A DNA stretch of 40,540 nucleotides from Methanobacterium sp. (GCA_003166335.1 PMWA01000088.1:1-40540); one strand, 5' to 3'; positions 1-11,009 are shown, numbered from the stretch's first letter. Notes: a model not told the origin generated them from the letters alone. Translations and numbers: made by a program.

Positions 1-339
1 GGGGAAGGTAAACCCAACTGTGACCAGATTAAAATATTGGAAAAGATATTATCTGAAATGCCTAGTGATGAGGAAATACAAAAAAATGCCGATATTATCA
101 AGTCACTTGCTGATCCTACGAGATTAAAAATTATTTATCTATTAGAGCACGGTGAGTTATGTGTCTGTGAGATAATGTCTGCACTGGATAAACCACAGCC
201 AACTGTATCCCATCATTTGAACTTATTAAAAAATGCTGGTTTATTAAAATGGCGTAAAGAAGGAGTATGGATTCATTATAAATTATCAAACTCTCAATTA
301 CCTGCTAATTTAAAGGAATTACTAATAAATTCTCAATGA
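1..339 (+). CDS. arsR: ArsR/SmtB family arsenite-responsive repressor (probably 5'-truncated by the window edge)
   Basis: LADPTRLKII and ELCVCEI metal-binding motifs; HTH QPTVSHHL..LKNAGL. The frame is open from base 1 (GEGKPNCDQIKILEK), so the true start may lie upstream of the window. Confidence 0.9.
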   Translation, partial: GEGKPNCDQIKILEKILSEMPSDEEIQKNADIIKSLADPTRLKIIYLLEHGELCVCEIMSALDKPQPTVSHHLNLLKNAGLLKWRKEGVWIHYKLSNSQLPANLKELLINSQ

Positions 340-453
340 ATGGTTTGAAGGTTATTTATCATCTCTTGTAAATGTTTAGGTTGTATGCTATTTATTATCG
401 ATATATTTATATATTTGGATGTATGGATAAAATTATAAGGATGTGTAAAAAAA

Positions 454-1212
454 ATGGATGATAAAAATATTAAAGAATTCATAAAGGAACGTTATTCAAA
501 AATACCCTCTAAAAAAGAAGAATCATGTGGTTGTGGATGCAATGGAGAAGATTCAATCATCAAACAGGCTCAAGCTGTAGGATACACTATGGAAGAGATT
601 AAGAGCATTCCCTCAGGCGCAGTATTTGGATTGGGATGTGGAAATCCGACAGCTTTAGCTGAAATAAATCCCGGTGAAACCATCTTAGATCTGGGATCAG
701 GCGGAGGAATAGATGTTTTTCTCGCAGCTCAGAAAGTAGGTGAAACGGGTAAGGTCATCGGTGTTGATATGACTCATGAAATGGTTGAAACTGCAGTTAA
801 AAATGCAATTGAAGGTGGATATGAAAATGTTGAATTTAAATTGGGTGAAATAGAAAACCTGCCAATTGAAGACAACTCTATAGATTTAATTATAAGCAAT
901 TGTGTGATAAATCTTACACCAGATAAAATTAAGGCTTATAGGGAAGCATTCCGAGTTTTAAAACCGGATGGACGGATATTGGTTTCTGATCTAATTACAG
1001 ATGGAATCATTCCTGACGAGATACGTGAAAGCTTCGAGTCATGGTCAAACTGCATTGCGGGGGCATTGGAAAAACAGGAATATCTTGATGCCATTAAAAG
1101 TGCAGGATTCCGGGATGTGGAAATTAAAAGTGAAAATGTCTTCACTGAACCATTTATGGATGAGAGAATCGTTGGAAAAATTGTGAGTGTACAAGTTAAA
1201 GCTTTAAAATAA
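454..1212 (+). CDS. arsM: Arsenite S-adenosylmethionine methyltransferase
   Basis: [19 protein letters not shown] motif, ISNCVINL and WSNCIAGA conserved cysteines; Cys-rich N-terminus; lies between arsR and acr3. Confidence 0.93.
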   Translation: MDDKNIKEFIKERYSKIPSKKEESCGCGCNGEDSIIKQAQAVGYTMEEIKSIPSGAVFGLGCGNPTALAEINPGETILDLGSGGGIDVFLAAQKVGETGKVIGVDMTHEMVETAVKNAIEGGYENVEFKLGEIENLPIEDNSIDLIISNCVINLTPDKIKAYREAFRVLKPDGRILVSDLITDGIIPDEIRESFESWSNCIAGALEKQEYLDAIKSAGFRDVEIKSENVFTEPFMDERIVGKIVSVQVKALK

Positions 1213-1232
1213 TAGGTTTTTTGGGTGAATTA

Positions 1233-2309
1233 ATGAAGGATGACCTTACAGTTGAAGTTGCTAGTAAAGTTTGTGAGACTCCTCGGTTGGGGTTTTTAAA
1301 TCGTTTTTTAACTTTATGGATTTTTTTAGCCATGGTGGTGGGAGTTTCCCTTGGTTACTTCATTCCTGGAGTGGAATCATTTATAAACAGATTTTCTATT
1401 GGTACCACCAGCATACCTATTGCTATAGGTTTAATTTTAATGATGTATCCTCCCTTGGCGAAGGTGAAATATGAGGAATTAGGAGAAGTTTTCCGTAATA
1501 CGCGAATATTAGGTTTATCATTATTCCAGAACTGGATAGTGGGACCTATACTCATGTTCATTCTTGCAGTTGTTTTTTTACGGAATTATCCTGAATTCAT
1601 GGTTGGTTTGATTTTAATTGGTTTAGCACGTTGCATTGCTATGGTTCTGGTTTGGAACGAGCTTGCCAAAGGTGATAGTGAATATGCAGCGGGTTTAGTT
1701 GCTTTTAATAGTGTTTTTCAGGTGTTTTTCTACAGTATATATGCCTGGGTATTTATAACCGTTTTACCACCATTATTAGGGATTCAAGATAGTGTTGTAA
1801 ATATTAGTATACTGCAAATAGCAGAGAGTGTTTTCATATACCTAGGAATTCCATTTATAGCGGGAATATTGACTAGATACTTTTTGGTGAAGCGGAAAGG
1901 TGAAAAATGGTATGATGAGAAATTTATACCAAAAATTAGTCCTATAACGTTGGTGGCATTGCTTTTTACTATAATTGTGATGTTCAGCTTAAAAGGGAGT
2001 TATATAGTCCAGATACCGTATTATGTGGTTATAATTGCTATTCCATTATTATTATACTTCATAATAATGTTCTTCACGACTTTTTTATTGGGTTATAAAT
2101 TGGGTGCGGATTACTCTAAAACCTCGGCTTTGTCATTTACTGCTGCGAGTAATAATTTTGAATTAGCGATTGCGGTGGCGATTGCGGTTTTTGGTATAGG
2201 ATCTGCGGTTGCATTTGCCACTGTCATCGGACCCTTAATCGAAGTCCCAGTATTAATAAGTTTAGTAAATGTAGCCCTGTATTTCCAAAAACGTTACTAT
2301 ACCATGTAA
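1233..2309 (+). CDS. acr3: ACR3 family arsenite efflux transporter
   Basis: [49 protein letters not shown] and GPLIEVPVL motifs. ATG 1233 follows GGTGA; alternative TTG start at 1221. Confidence 0.95.
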   Translation: MKDDLTVEVASKVCETPRLGFLNRFLTLWIFLAMVVGVSLGYFIPGVESFINRFSIGTTSIPIAIGLILMMYPPLAKVKYEELGEVFRNTRILGLSLFQNWIVGPILMFILAVVFLRNYPEFMVGLILIGLARCIAMVLVWNELAKGDSEYAAGLVAFNSVFQVFFYSIYAWVFITVLPPLLGIQDSVVNISILQIAESVFIYLGIPFIAGILTRYFLVKRKGEKWYDEKFIPKISPITLVALLFTIIVMFSLKGSYIVQIPYYVVIIAIPLLLYFIIMFFTTFLLGYKLGADYSKTSALSFTAASNNFELAIAVAIAVFGIGSAVAFATVIGPLIEVPVLISLVNVALYFQKRYYTM

Positions 2310-2992
2310 TAAAAAAAATTAATAAATGGAAGGATTTTTTTTTATTTAATTACTATTGAAAGAAAAAATATATTTTCTACTTCGTTAAACGCGCCTATAA
2401 CGAAATTCAAATTAGTAGAATAAAAGATTTTTTTTATCATAAAACTTCAAAAACACCATATTTCAACTGGGTAGTATAGGTTAATCTTAAAATTTTTGCT
2501 ATAAATTGAAAATAATCGATGAATATAGAAACAAATATATTAATTATTTTTTTTAATGCAAAATAAAAGAGCAAGAGGATTAAATAAGCATTATAATGTC
2601 TTCATAAAAGAAGCAAGCGACTATACGGCCTCTAATTTTTGAACACTTGCTCGAATTTCTAGTTTGGATATCTTAAGAGTAATACTTTTTATCTAATTTA
2701 TCTTACTTAAAATAATAAATTGTTCAGATTCGAAAGCTTTGAAATTTTACACTGGAAGTGAACGACTAATCACACAAAGTGAAAACAGAAATTTGGGGAT
2801 AAGAATTCAATATAAGGATATAAAAATCATTATTAACGGATTTGAAAAATTTATCAAAGTCTAAGAACCTAACCCATTACATATACCCCAATTCACCCAT
2901 TTTCACTAGTTTTGGAGCACTTATTCTTACTTAATCGCCTGCTCAATCGCTCGATTTCATATTTTGCAATAATTTTTAGTCTAAATTTTTAT

Positions 2993-3020
2993 ATAAATAT
3001 TAGTTTATAAATATTAGTTT
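2993..3020 (+). repeat. Tandem 14-bp repeat ATAAATATTAGTTT x2 upstream of the metallophosphoesterase gene
   Basis: Copies at 2993-3006 and 3007-3020, partial third copy at ~3046-3056; overlaps TATA-like sequences. Confidence 0.55.
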
Positions 3021-3075
3021 TTAGGATATATTCATATAATTAGTTTACAAGGATTATAATAGGGGGTTTAATTCT

Positions 3076-4683
3076 TTGTATACTGAAAAAAATGTTAAAT
3101 TAGATTTAAATGTAGTAACAGACATTCCTTTCTCTGATAAAATAGAAGATCCATCAGTTATTGATCCAACTGGCCGTATAAATATATTAGGTAATGAAAT
3201 TTTCGATATGAGTACTATTTCCGATGGAATAAAACTATACAGAGTTAAATCTGATGGAGAAGAAGTAGAAGAGGATATTATAATTAATATTAATGAGAAT
3301 ATATCCGGTGTTTATATTAATAAATCTAATAACACTAATTTTACTGAAGGTGAAGTTTATAAGCTTTCTATAAATAAAAAATTAAAATCTTTTCTTGGCG
3401 TTTCATTAAAAACTGAGTTAAACAGTTATTTCGCCATAGACTATTCATTCAACCTAGATTCAAAGGGTATACCAGACTTAAATAACGAAAGAAACTTAAC
3501 AATATGTATTAGTGATATTCATTTAGGTATAAATGAGAATATTGCTCTAATTAACCAGAATCGAGATGCTTTAGTTGATTTCCTAAATCATGTTAGAAAC
3601 TCACCAAATATAAAAGAATTAATTATAGCAGGTGATTTAATTGATGAATGGACTCTTCCCATGGAATTTGACACATTTAATGGGAAAACACAGTTGGACT
3701 TCGTGAAAGCCACCGCTCTAACTAATAAACCAGTAATCGACGCTATTAATAATATAATAGAAGATGGTAAAGTAAAGATGACTTATATACCTGGAAATCA
3801 TGATTTATTATTAAATTCCAGTGATATTCAGAGTATTTTGCCCGGAATAGTTGAAACTCGTGACGCTAGAGGTTTAGGAGCATATACCCCCGCTGATTTA
3901 CCGCAAGTAATCATCGAACATGGACACAGATACAATTTTTATTGTGCCCCTGATCCTTCAAACCAATCCATAACCCAAACAGATTCCCTGCTCCCTCCCG
4001 GATATTTCTTTAGTAGAATAGCAACTAGTTCAGTTATTCAGGGTCGGCCTAAGAGAGATAGTCCTTTACCTATTGTTAAGAATAATGAAATGGGAGAGGA
4101 TCAATACGGTTATTTCATTTATTGGAGTGTCTGGAAAATTATTATCGACAGTTTACCAATTAAACAAAGTCTAGATGAAAAAGCTATAATTATGGGAATA
4201 GATGGATTCACTGATTCTTGTTCAATAAATGATGTTTTACCCTATCAGAACCCTGAAGATGGTAATATTGATGTTAATTTATATAAAGGTTGCATTGAAG
4301 GATGGGATGAAAGACAAAACGAAAATTTAGTTCCTGTTAAAATTCCTGTAGATGAAGCGGTTGCTAAGGGAAATTTACCTAGTTTTCTTGATTATGAATC
4401 CGGTGTTCAATACTTAAATAATCAGGATTCTGATAAGAGAATTGCAATATTTGGACATTCACATGAGGCACGAGTCATTAAATCCGTCAATGAAAACGAT
4501 GAAAAAACCGTTTATGTAAATTCCGGCACATGGATTGATCGAAATCCTTTAACCAGAACCTTCGTAGTCATAACACCACCCAAAAGCAAAAACTCAGCTC
4601 CAACCTATGTAAATCTTTATCAATATTCCCCTAGTGGAGATATTAGAAAAGTAGAGTCACAAGCACTCACCGATTTAAAATAA
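3076..4683 (+). CDS. Calcineurin-like metallophosphoesterase with a probable Ig-like N-terminal domain
   Basis: All five MPE motifs: SDIH, GDLID, GNHD, EHGH, GHSH. N-terminal ~120 aa look beta-rich. TTG start after AGGGGG. Confidence 0.85.
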   Translation: MYTEKNVKLDLNVVTDIPFSDKIEDPSVIDPTGRINILGNEIFDMSTISDGIKLYRVKSDGEEVEEDIIININENISGVYINKSNNTNFTEGEVYKLSINKKLKSFLGVSLKTELNSYFAIDYSFNLDSKGIPDLNNERNLTICISDIHLGINENIALINQNRDALVDFLNHVRNSPNIKELIIAGDLIDEWTLPMEFDTFNGKTQLDFVKATALTNKPVIDAINNIIEDGKVKMTYIPGNHDLLLNSSDIQSILPGIVETRDARGLGAYTPADLPQVIIEHGHRYNFYCAPDPSNQSITQTDSLLPPGYFFSRIATSSVIQGRPKRDSPLPIVKNNEMGEDQYGYFIYWSVWKIIIDSLPIKQSLDEKAIIMGIDGFTDSCSINDVLPYQNPEDGNIDVNLYKGCIEGWDERQNENLVPVKIPVDEAVAKGNLPSFLDYESGVQYLNNQDSDKRIAIFGHSHEARVIKSVNENDEKTVYVNSGTWIDRNPLTRTFVVITPPKSKNSAPTYVNLYQYSPSGDIRKVESQALTDLK

Positions 4684-4894
4684 TTTCTTCATGGGAAGTT
4701 CTACGTCAACGTATACTTATTTTTTAAAAATTGCAAATTAATAATAATTTATCTTGTCTATTATGCTGATTTCCCATCTAAGATTTGAGATTAAAAAAAG
4801 ACCATGTTTAATATTTATCCCACTATTTTATCTAATAATATTATCTTAATTTTCCAATGAGTTAAATTGGTAAAAATTCAAGAATTAAAAAATT

Positions 4895-5242
4895 TTAATC
4901 AGATTTAAGTCTAATTTGGTCTAAAATAAATCTTAATGCAGCGCTTCTACTATCGCTCGCTCTCTTTTTTCCTTGAGAGATTAAACCATGCTTTCCTGCA
5001 AAATCATCCAAATAACGTATCTGAACTGGCGTGAGATAATTGGTCATTTAAACTAGTGTTGTATTATCGTACTGTTCACGATGTTTTTCCAATGCTAGAT
5101 CTATTATCTTTAATTTATCTGTGACTTTCTTTGCATTAGCTTTGTCTAAATCCTCTAATTTAACATTTTGTAACTTTTCATATACATCTTCCAATTGACT
5201 GATAGTAGAATCGGTAATTTTCCCAATGGGTTTACGTTTTGC
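4895..5242 (-). pseudogene. Probable ribbon-helix-helix (CopG/ParG-like) protein gene with an in-frame TAA and no start codon
   Basis: Manual translation: AKRKPIGKITDSTISQLEDVYEKLQNVKLEDLDKANAKKVTDKLKIIDLALEKHREQYDNTTLV*MTNYLTPVQIRYLDDFAGKHGLISQGKKRASDSRSAALRFILDQIRLKSD*. The stop is at 5050-5048. The C-terminal part shows a strand-helix-SRSAALR-helix pattern. Confidence 0.5.
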
Positions 5243-5561
5243 TCACTCATTTGCACGCATTAATGATTTTTTGAGAAAAAACGCGTTAGTGATAGTTATT
5301 ATCAGCTTAACATCATGAACGCAAATTAAAGGAAACCTCATGATCTGGTTACTCCAAAAATTTAATCAAGAATTAATTAGACAAGGATAAATTTAATTAA
5401 CATTTACTTTTAGTTAATTTTTTAAGTAAAAGATTGATATAGCAAGCAAGGGTTTATCACCAGCTTGATATCATAAGCATAGATTAAAGGAACAGTCTAA
5501 ATGGGAATTAGATTAATACGATATTAAAAATTATAATATTTTTTACTGGAGGTTTATTTTC

Positions 5562-6179
5562 ATGAATAAGTCTAAAAGTCAAGATGTTTACATGCCTACT
5601 AAACGTCTTGAAACATTAGTTGATGGAATATTCGCTATAGCCATGACTTTACTAGTTTTAGGTTTAACTGTGCCACATATAAACGTTCCATTATCGAATA
5701 CGGTAATTCAAGAATCATATTATACTCTTATACCTAATCTTTTTTCCTTTGTTTTAAGTTTTATCTTATTAGCAGCTTTCTGGAACCGTCATCATCGCAT
5801 GTTCAATCAGATAAAAATGATAGACAGCAATCTACTGTGGATAAACATAATATGGCTTTTATTCATAGTTATGGTTCCATTTTCAGCATCCTCAATCGGC
5901 CAATACGGGGATTATACACTCCCCTGTGCCATTTTCAATCTTAACATGTTGTTAATAGGATTATTCCTTTATCTGAATATGAACTATGCTATTAAAAAAA
6001 ATTTCATGAATGAAGAAGCAAATACAACCCTAATAAAAAAAAGTAAAAGAAATAATGAAGTATTCATAATAATAGCCCTAATAGCAATTATACTATCATT
6101 TCAAATCACCAGTAACAGTACACTAACCTATATATTACTCATTCCACTACAACTCGCAATTAACAGGTTCACTAATTAA
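5562..6179 (+). CDS. TMEM175 (DUF1211) family potassium channel
   Basis: RLETLVDGIFAIAMTLLVL signature, FWNRHHRMF, six hydrophobic segments. Confidence 0.9.
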   Translation: MNKSKSQDVYMPTKRLETLVDGIFAIAMTLLVLGLTVPHINVPLSNTVIQESYYTLIPNLFSFVLSFILLAAFWNRHHRMFNQIKMIDSNLLWINIIWLLFIVMVPFSASSIGQYGDYTLPCAIFNLNMLLIGLFLYLNMNYAIKKNFMNEEANTTLIKKSKRNNEVFIIIALIAIILSFQITSNSTLTYILLIPLQLAINRFTN

Positions 6180-6271
6180 AAAAAAAATTAATAAATTCAA
6201 GAATAATTTGTGTGTGTGTGTATTGTCCTCATGGATAAAAAAAATAAAAAAGAGAGATAATAAGAAATAGT

Positions 6272-6880
6272 TTATTTCTTAATAATGTAAATGGATACTA
6301 TTAGCATCCAAAGCAGTACGGTGCCTATGAATATTCTCTCAATTAAACCAAATAAGGGGCTAGTTAGGAGTACGAAAGTTAGTACCAAACTTATAACTGA
6401 AAATATGCTTAATGGTAGTAAATATTTTATGATATCCAGGAATTGATTATCTGATCTCATGCCGAGTGAAAGTATAAGGATGCCTAAACCACCACCAATG
6501 AAAGCTAATAATGCTGTTATAAGATGAATAGTTCCATGTAGCGTGACAGGAATAGAAATAGAAACGTCTGCAGGGAAGAATGCGAGAATAATCGCACCAA
6601 AACTCCAAACCCCTAATAATATTAAACCAATATTATAACTTGATTTTCTAGTTTTAAATGTGAATATCAAACCTAAAATGAATGATAATGAAAGAAAACC
6701 CCTAACTAAAAAATTGACCGTCATAATATAACCATAAGGCCCCACAGCCAGAAAACTTTCAGCTTGAGTAATAGGATTATAATAAGGTGGCAATGATTGT
6801 ACAATCACATCTAAAACAATGTAGATTATAATTCCAATTATAGTTGCAATAAAAAAATTAGCAGGATTAAAACGACTCAT
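6272..6880 (-). CDS. DUF998-like membrane protein
   Basis: YNPITQAESFLAVGPYG, FFPAD...HGTIH and GLIERIF patterns; multiple transmembrane segments. Confidence 0.7.
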   Translation of the reverse strand: MSRFNPANFFIATIIGIIIYIVLDVIVQSLPPYYNPITQAESFLAVGPYGYIMTVNFLVRGFLSLSFILGLIFTFKTRKSSYNIGLILLGVWSFGAIILAFFPADVSISIPVTLHGTIHLITALLAFIGGGLGILILSLGMRSDNQFLDIIKYLLPLSIFSVISLVLTFVLLTSPLFGLIERIFIGTVLLWMLIVSIYIIKK

Positions 6881-6968
6881 AAAAAAATGTATTGTCTAAT
6901 TTAATATATAAGCATTTATAAAAAATTTCCTAACACTATACCCGAAATAAAGTGTAAAAAATTAATTT

Positions 6969-7255
6969 TTAACTATAATTAATCATTTTATTTATTAAAA
7001 CCCCTAAATAACGCTCCAATCGCTCCAATTACCAAATTTTTAATAATGAAACCTAATGCAAATCCTGGAGAATATGCAATGCTACTCGTATATCCATAAT
7101 TATCAATGTATAATAAAAGAAGAATACTACTTATAATTCCAACAATACTGGCATTTAAAATACTCTGCTTATATTCTATGCCTGAGAATATTCCTAACAA
7201 TTAAACCAGCCACTAATATTAACAATAGATATAATATAGTTGAAGAATTATTCCA
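6969..7255 (-). pseudogene. DUF5518-like small membrane protein, frameshifted remnant
   Basis: An upstream frame reads LYLLLILVAGLIV, then shifts at ~7198 into GIFSGIEYKQSILNASIVGIISS...IGAIGAL. A second shift near 7007 would give LGVLINKMINYS*. No clear start; 5' boundary approximate. Confidence 0.5.
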
Positions 7256-7533
7256 TTTGAAGCAATAATTACTATTAAAACTTCGGTTGTGGGAGTAATT
7301 CTATATAGATAACAAATCAAATAAGCGAGCAGACATGCAAGGGCTCATGCGAAAAAGCAAGCATTACTATTTACTCTGAGTGATGATAGAAATTTAAGGG
7401 AATATAAAGCTTTAAATGCCTGTAGGAGCCCTTAAAATTGATTTAAGAAAGACCTTAATAGACCTTCAATCAGGCAAGCAAGCTCATGTTAGCTGTTATA
7501 TAATGAATAGGGGATAGAAAATGATTGATTTGT

Positions 7534-8932
7534 TTATTTTTTGTGTATAATTTTTTGGACTGCTTTTGTTAGTTCCATACCTTCCTTCAATTCCTTTTCA
7601 ATTTCCTTTTCATCTATAGGTGTTTTTCCATCACCATTAAATACTGATAGCCAGCTGTCTTCAAGATTATCAACCTTTTCTTTCACTTCTTCAACTGATT
7701 TCACTCTTGCAGCCATATTCTCAATTTCAATCTGGTGTTGTTTTTGTTGCTCTAGCATTAGTTGTTGTTGTTTTTTCATTTGCTCTTGTAAGGATTGGTT
7801 TTCCCTCTCTAATTTGTCAATTGCTTCTTGATCTTCCACCATTGTTATTTCATCATTTATTGCTAAGTAAGGCAATGCTTTACGATAATTATTTTTTAAA
7901 GAAGTATAATTGTTAGGATCAATATAATGTTCAATTACATCTCCTGTTTTCTGTCCCATCAAATATTTAACGTCCTCAGTTTCAAATCCAGCCCTATACT
8001 TTAATTGATTTGAATACCAATGTCTTATTTTATGAAAACGGAAATAATTTTTTGGTTTGCCATTGACTGTTATTCTAGGAAAAATTCCTCGATCTTTATG
8101 CATTCTACTAACAGTTCTTTTAGCAGTTGATGGTTTTAACCGCAAATCTTGAAGACCTTCTCCCTTATATTTATGGGGTAATTTTGATATGTCTTTAGTA
8201 AAAATTGGTGATCTATCTTTTAATTGTGTTTCATCCCTTGATTCTAATTCTGATGCAATATTACGCAAAGTTTCAGGGCCTATGAAGGTGTAGAATTCAT
8301 TAGTATCCTTTTTTCGTCGTAAGTCAAAGCATCCAATAAGATTATCTTTGTTTTTCGCCCTATAAATCGCTTCTTTAACACTTAAATCTTCAATTACCTT
8401 TAAATTTTCACCTCTTTTACTAACCGCCATAATGAAATCTTCCACCTAATAAAAGAGCATCACTAATAGTGAGGCCCGTTTGAGCTAAAGTTATAAACAA
8501 TAAACGATAAATAGGATTACTGTGTATAATCGCCTTTCGAATGTCTTCAGCAGTAAGGGCATATCTAGCATCCTCTCCAACAGATTTTTTAGAAATTATA
8601 GGTGTCGGTGTTGGCTTAAGTTTAAAAACATGAAGAAATCCTTTAATTCTGCTAACATATAGTTTTATAGTAGTTTCATTATAATTCTCATCACTTTCTA
8701 TTAAAAAATAGACATAATCATCCAATGCCTTACTTAACCACCAATCAAACTCACCTAAACGATTCCTCAAATCAGCTCGATGTAGATCATGTATTTCAGT
8801 TGGACTTTTATCAATAAACTTACTAAAGCTCTTCAGTGCAGTTTCATAAGAACTAAAAGTATTATCTGCTGAGGCAGATTTCAATTTCAAAAACTTTTTC
8901 CACGTAGGATCATTTTCAAGATCTTCAAACAT
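7534..8932 (-). pseudogene. int: Tyrosine recombinase/integrase split by a frameshift at ~8446
   Basis: The N-half ends AQTGLTISDALLL and the C-half starts VEDFIMAV; they are joined by TTA-G-GTG (net frameshift). HKIR box II, LMGQ...HY catalytic Tyr, coiled-coil tail. ATG 8932 follows GTGAG. Confidence 0.85.
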
Positions 8933-9017
8933 AACACTCACTATATATAATTTAGACATTCAAATATAAATATTTAGACGTTATAATCTTTACTTATAAT
9001 ATAAATGAGGATGATGT

Positions 9018-11009
9018 ATGAAAGCTATGTCCAATGTTGATGTTTATGCAATTTGCAGTGAATTAAAGAAATCATTAAAGGATGCTCGCTTCCAAAAAGC
9101 TTATCAACCCACCAAAGACACCGTACTGATACGATTCCATGTTCCCGGTGAAGGAAGGGCTGATGTAGTATTCCAAGCTGGATTAAGAGTACATTTAACA
9201 CATTACCCCCCTCAAAATCCAAAGTTACCACCTAATTTCCCCATGCTTCTACGTAAATACCTTAAAGGTGCAATAGTGAGTGATGTACACCAACACCATT
9301 TTGACCGTATCATTGAAATAGAATTCCAGAAGGAACACAAATATAAACTTATTATAGAACTTTTCTCCAAAGGCAATATAATACTTTTGGATGAAGACGG
9401 TCAGATCATACTACCATTGAAACGCAAGTTATGGGAGAATCGTAAGATATCCTCCAAAGAAGAATATAAATATCCACCAGAAAGAGGAATCAACCCACTT
9501 AAAGCACAGAAAGAAGATATAATTGAATTATTCACCAATTCCAACACTGATATTATAAGAACCCTTGCTAAAAGTGGTTTTGGCGGGCTTTACGCTGAAG
9601 AAATAGTTCTAAGAGCCGAAGTACCTAAGAAAAAACAAGCAGCAGAAGTTGAAGAGAATGAATTAAATTCCATTTACCAAGCCCTAATCCAAGTCTTCAA
9701 CTCCCTTAAAACGGAAGAATTTTATCCACAAATAGTTACAAATAATAAAGATGATGTACTGCCCTTAAATCTTCAGATCTATAATGAATATCAGAAAAAA
9801 TCCTTCCCCAGTTACAATGAAGCTGCCGATGAATTTTATAGTAACATTGTAGGAGAAGACATAATAAAAGTCCAAGAGAATATTTGGGAAGCAGAAGTCG
9901 GGAAATATGAAAAAAGACTGAGAATACAACGAGAAACACTAGAGAAATTCGAAAAAACCGTGAAGGAATCCAAAATAAAAGGTGATTTACTCTACTCTGA
10001 TTATCAGAAAGTGAAGAAGATACTAGATGTCATAAATGATGCCCGAGAAAGGTATTCATGGTTGGAAATCATTGAAATAATTAAGAATGCTAAAAAAAAG
10101 AAGACAGACGGGTTGGATATTATAGAATCCATCGATAAACTAGGCAATATCACCTTGAATTTAGATAATACCCGAATAAATATTGATTCCCACTTAAGCA
10201 TTCCTGAAAATACTGAAGTTTATTATAATAAAGGTAAAAAAGCAAAAAGAAAAATTAAAGGAGTTTACATTGCTATTGAAAAAACTTTAAAGGAGATAAA
10301 TAAAGCTAAGAATAAAAGAGATGTAGCCCTAGAGCAAATCATTGTCCCAGAAAGAAGGGTTAAAAAAGAGCTTAAATGGTTTGAGAAGCTTCGCTGGTTT
10401 TTATCCTCCGATGGATTCTTGGTGGTGGGGGGTAGAGACGCATCCACTAATGAAACAATAGTGAAGCATTACCTAGAAAACAATGATATTTATATGCACT
10501 CAGATATTCATGGAGCTCCATCTGTGGTTATAAAAAGTAATGGAAAAGATATACCGGAAAGCACAATCAATGAGGCCGCTTGTGTGGCTGCTTCCTTCTC
10601 CAGCGCCTGGTTAAAAGGATTTGGATCCCAAGATGTTTATTGGGTACATCCGGGGCAAGTTTCCAAAACTCCCCAATCCGGTGAATTCGTTGCAAAAGGA
10701 GCTTTTATTATCCGCGGTTCTCGCAATTATGTTAGAGGTGTTCCACTTTTAATAGCAGTAGGAATCGTAGATTATGAGGGTGAAAGAATAATGGCCGGAC
10801 CCCCCCAGGCATTGGAGAAGTACACTAATAATTATGTAATTATAAAGCCCGGTTACACTAAAAAAGAGGAAATTTCCAGAGAGATTTTAAAACGTATTAA
10901 TACAGATAACTTTTTAACACTGGATGATGTCATAGGAGTTCTACCCTCAGGAAAATGTGATTTCGTTAACGAGAGAGATTTGAAGAGTTTAAAATATTTT
11001 AATAATTAA
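9018..11009 (+). CDS. rqcH: Ribosome rescue/quality-control protein RqcH (NEMF/Rqc2, NFACT family)
   Basis: [54 protein letters not shown] and [10 protein letters not shown] motifs. Confidence 0.95.
   Translation: MKAMSNVDVYAICSELKKSLKDARFQKAYQPTKDTVLIRFHVPGEGRADVVFQAGLRVHLTHYPPQNPKLPPNFPMLLRKYLKGAIVSDVHQHHFDRIIEIEFQKEHKYKLIIELFSKGNIILLDEDGQIILPLKRKLWENRKISSKEEYKYPPERGINPLKAQKEDIIELFTNSNTDIIRTLAKSGFGGLYAEEIVLRAEVPKKKQAAEVEENELNSIYQALIQVFNSLKTEEFYPQIVTNNKDDVLPLNLQIYNEYQKKSFPSYNEAADEFYSNIVGEDIIKVQENIWEAEVGKYEKRLRIQRETLEKFEKTVKESKIKGDLLYSDYQKVKKILDVINDARERYSWLEIIEIIKNAKKKKTDGLDIIESIDKLGNITLNLDNTRINIDSHLSIPENTEVYYNKGKKAKRKIKGVYIAIEKTLKEINKAKNKRDVALEQIIVPERRVKKELKWFEKLRWFLSSDGFLVVGGRDASTNETIVKHYLENNDIYMHSDIHGAPSVVIKSNGKDIPESTINEAACVAASFSSAWLKGFGSQDVYWVHPGQVSKTPQSGEFVAKGAFIIRGSRNYVRGVPLLIAVGIVDYEGERIMAGPPQALEKYTNNYVIIKPGYTKKEEISREILKRINTDNFLTLDDVIGVLPSGKCDFVNERDLKSLKYFNN

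Larger units (their letters stand above)
1..8990. mobile_element. Degenerate integrated element (integrase-flanked genomic island); left end outside the window
   Basis: Tyrosine integrase pseudogene at the right edge next to core rqcH; resistance and membrane cargo; several pseudogenes; long non-coding gaps. Confidence 0.6.

Noticed and set aside
936..1561. Short alternative-frame and antisense ORFs inside arsM and acr3 (and similar ones inside int, rqcH, arvAB, GT genes, terL, fpg and amt)
   Set aside because: They overlap well-supported genes, have no recognisable motifs and look like shadow ORFs.
2747..2759. TTACACTGGAAGT resembling a methanobacterial mini-ORB
   Set aside because: Single imperfect copy; no cdc6/orc1 in the window.
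6209..6220. (TG)6 microsatellite
   Set aside because: Lies between convergent gene ends, so there is no evident phase-variation target.
7534..8959. SSV1-type integration-split integrase or programmed frameshift
   Set aside because: The halves are contiguous with no tRNA/att insertion and no slippery sequence at the junction; a simple indel explains it.
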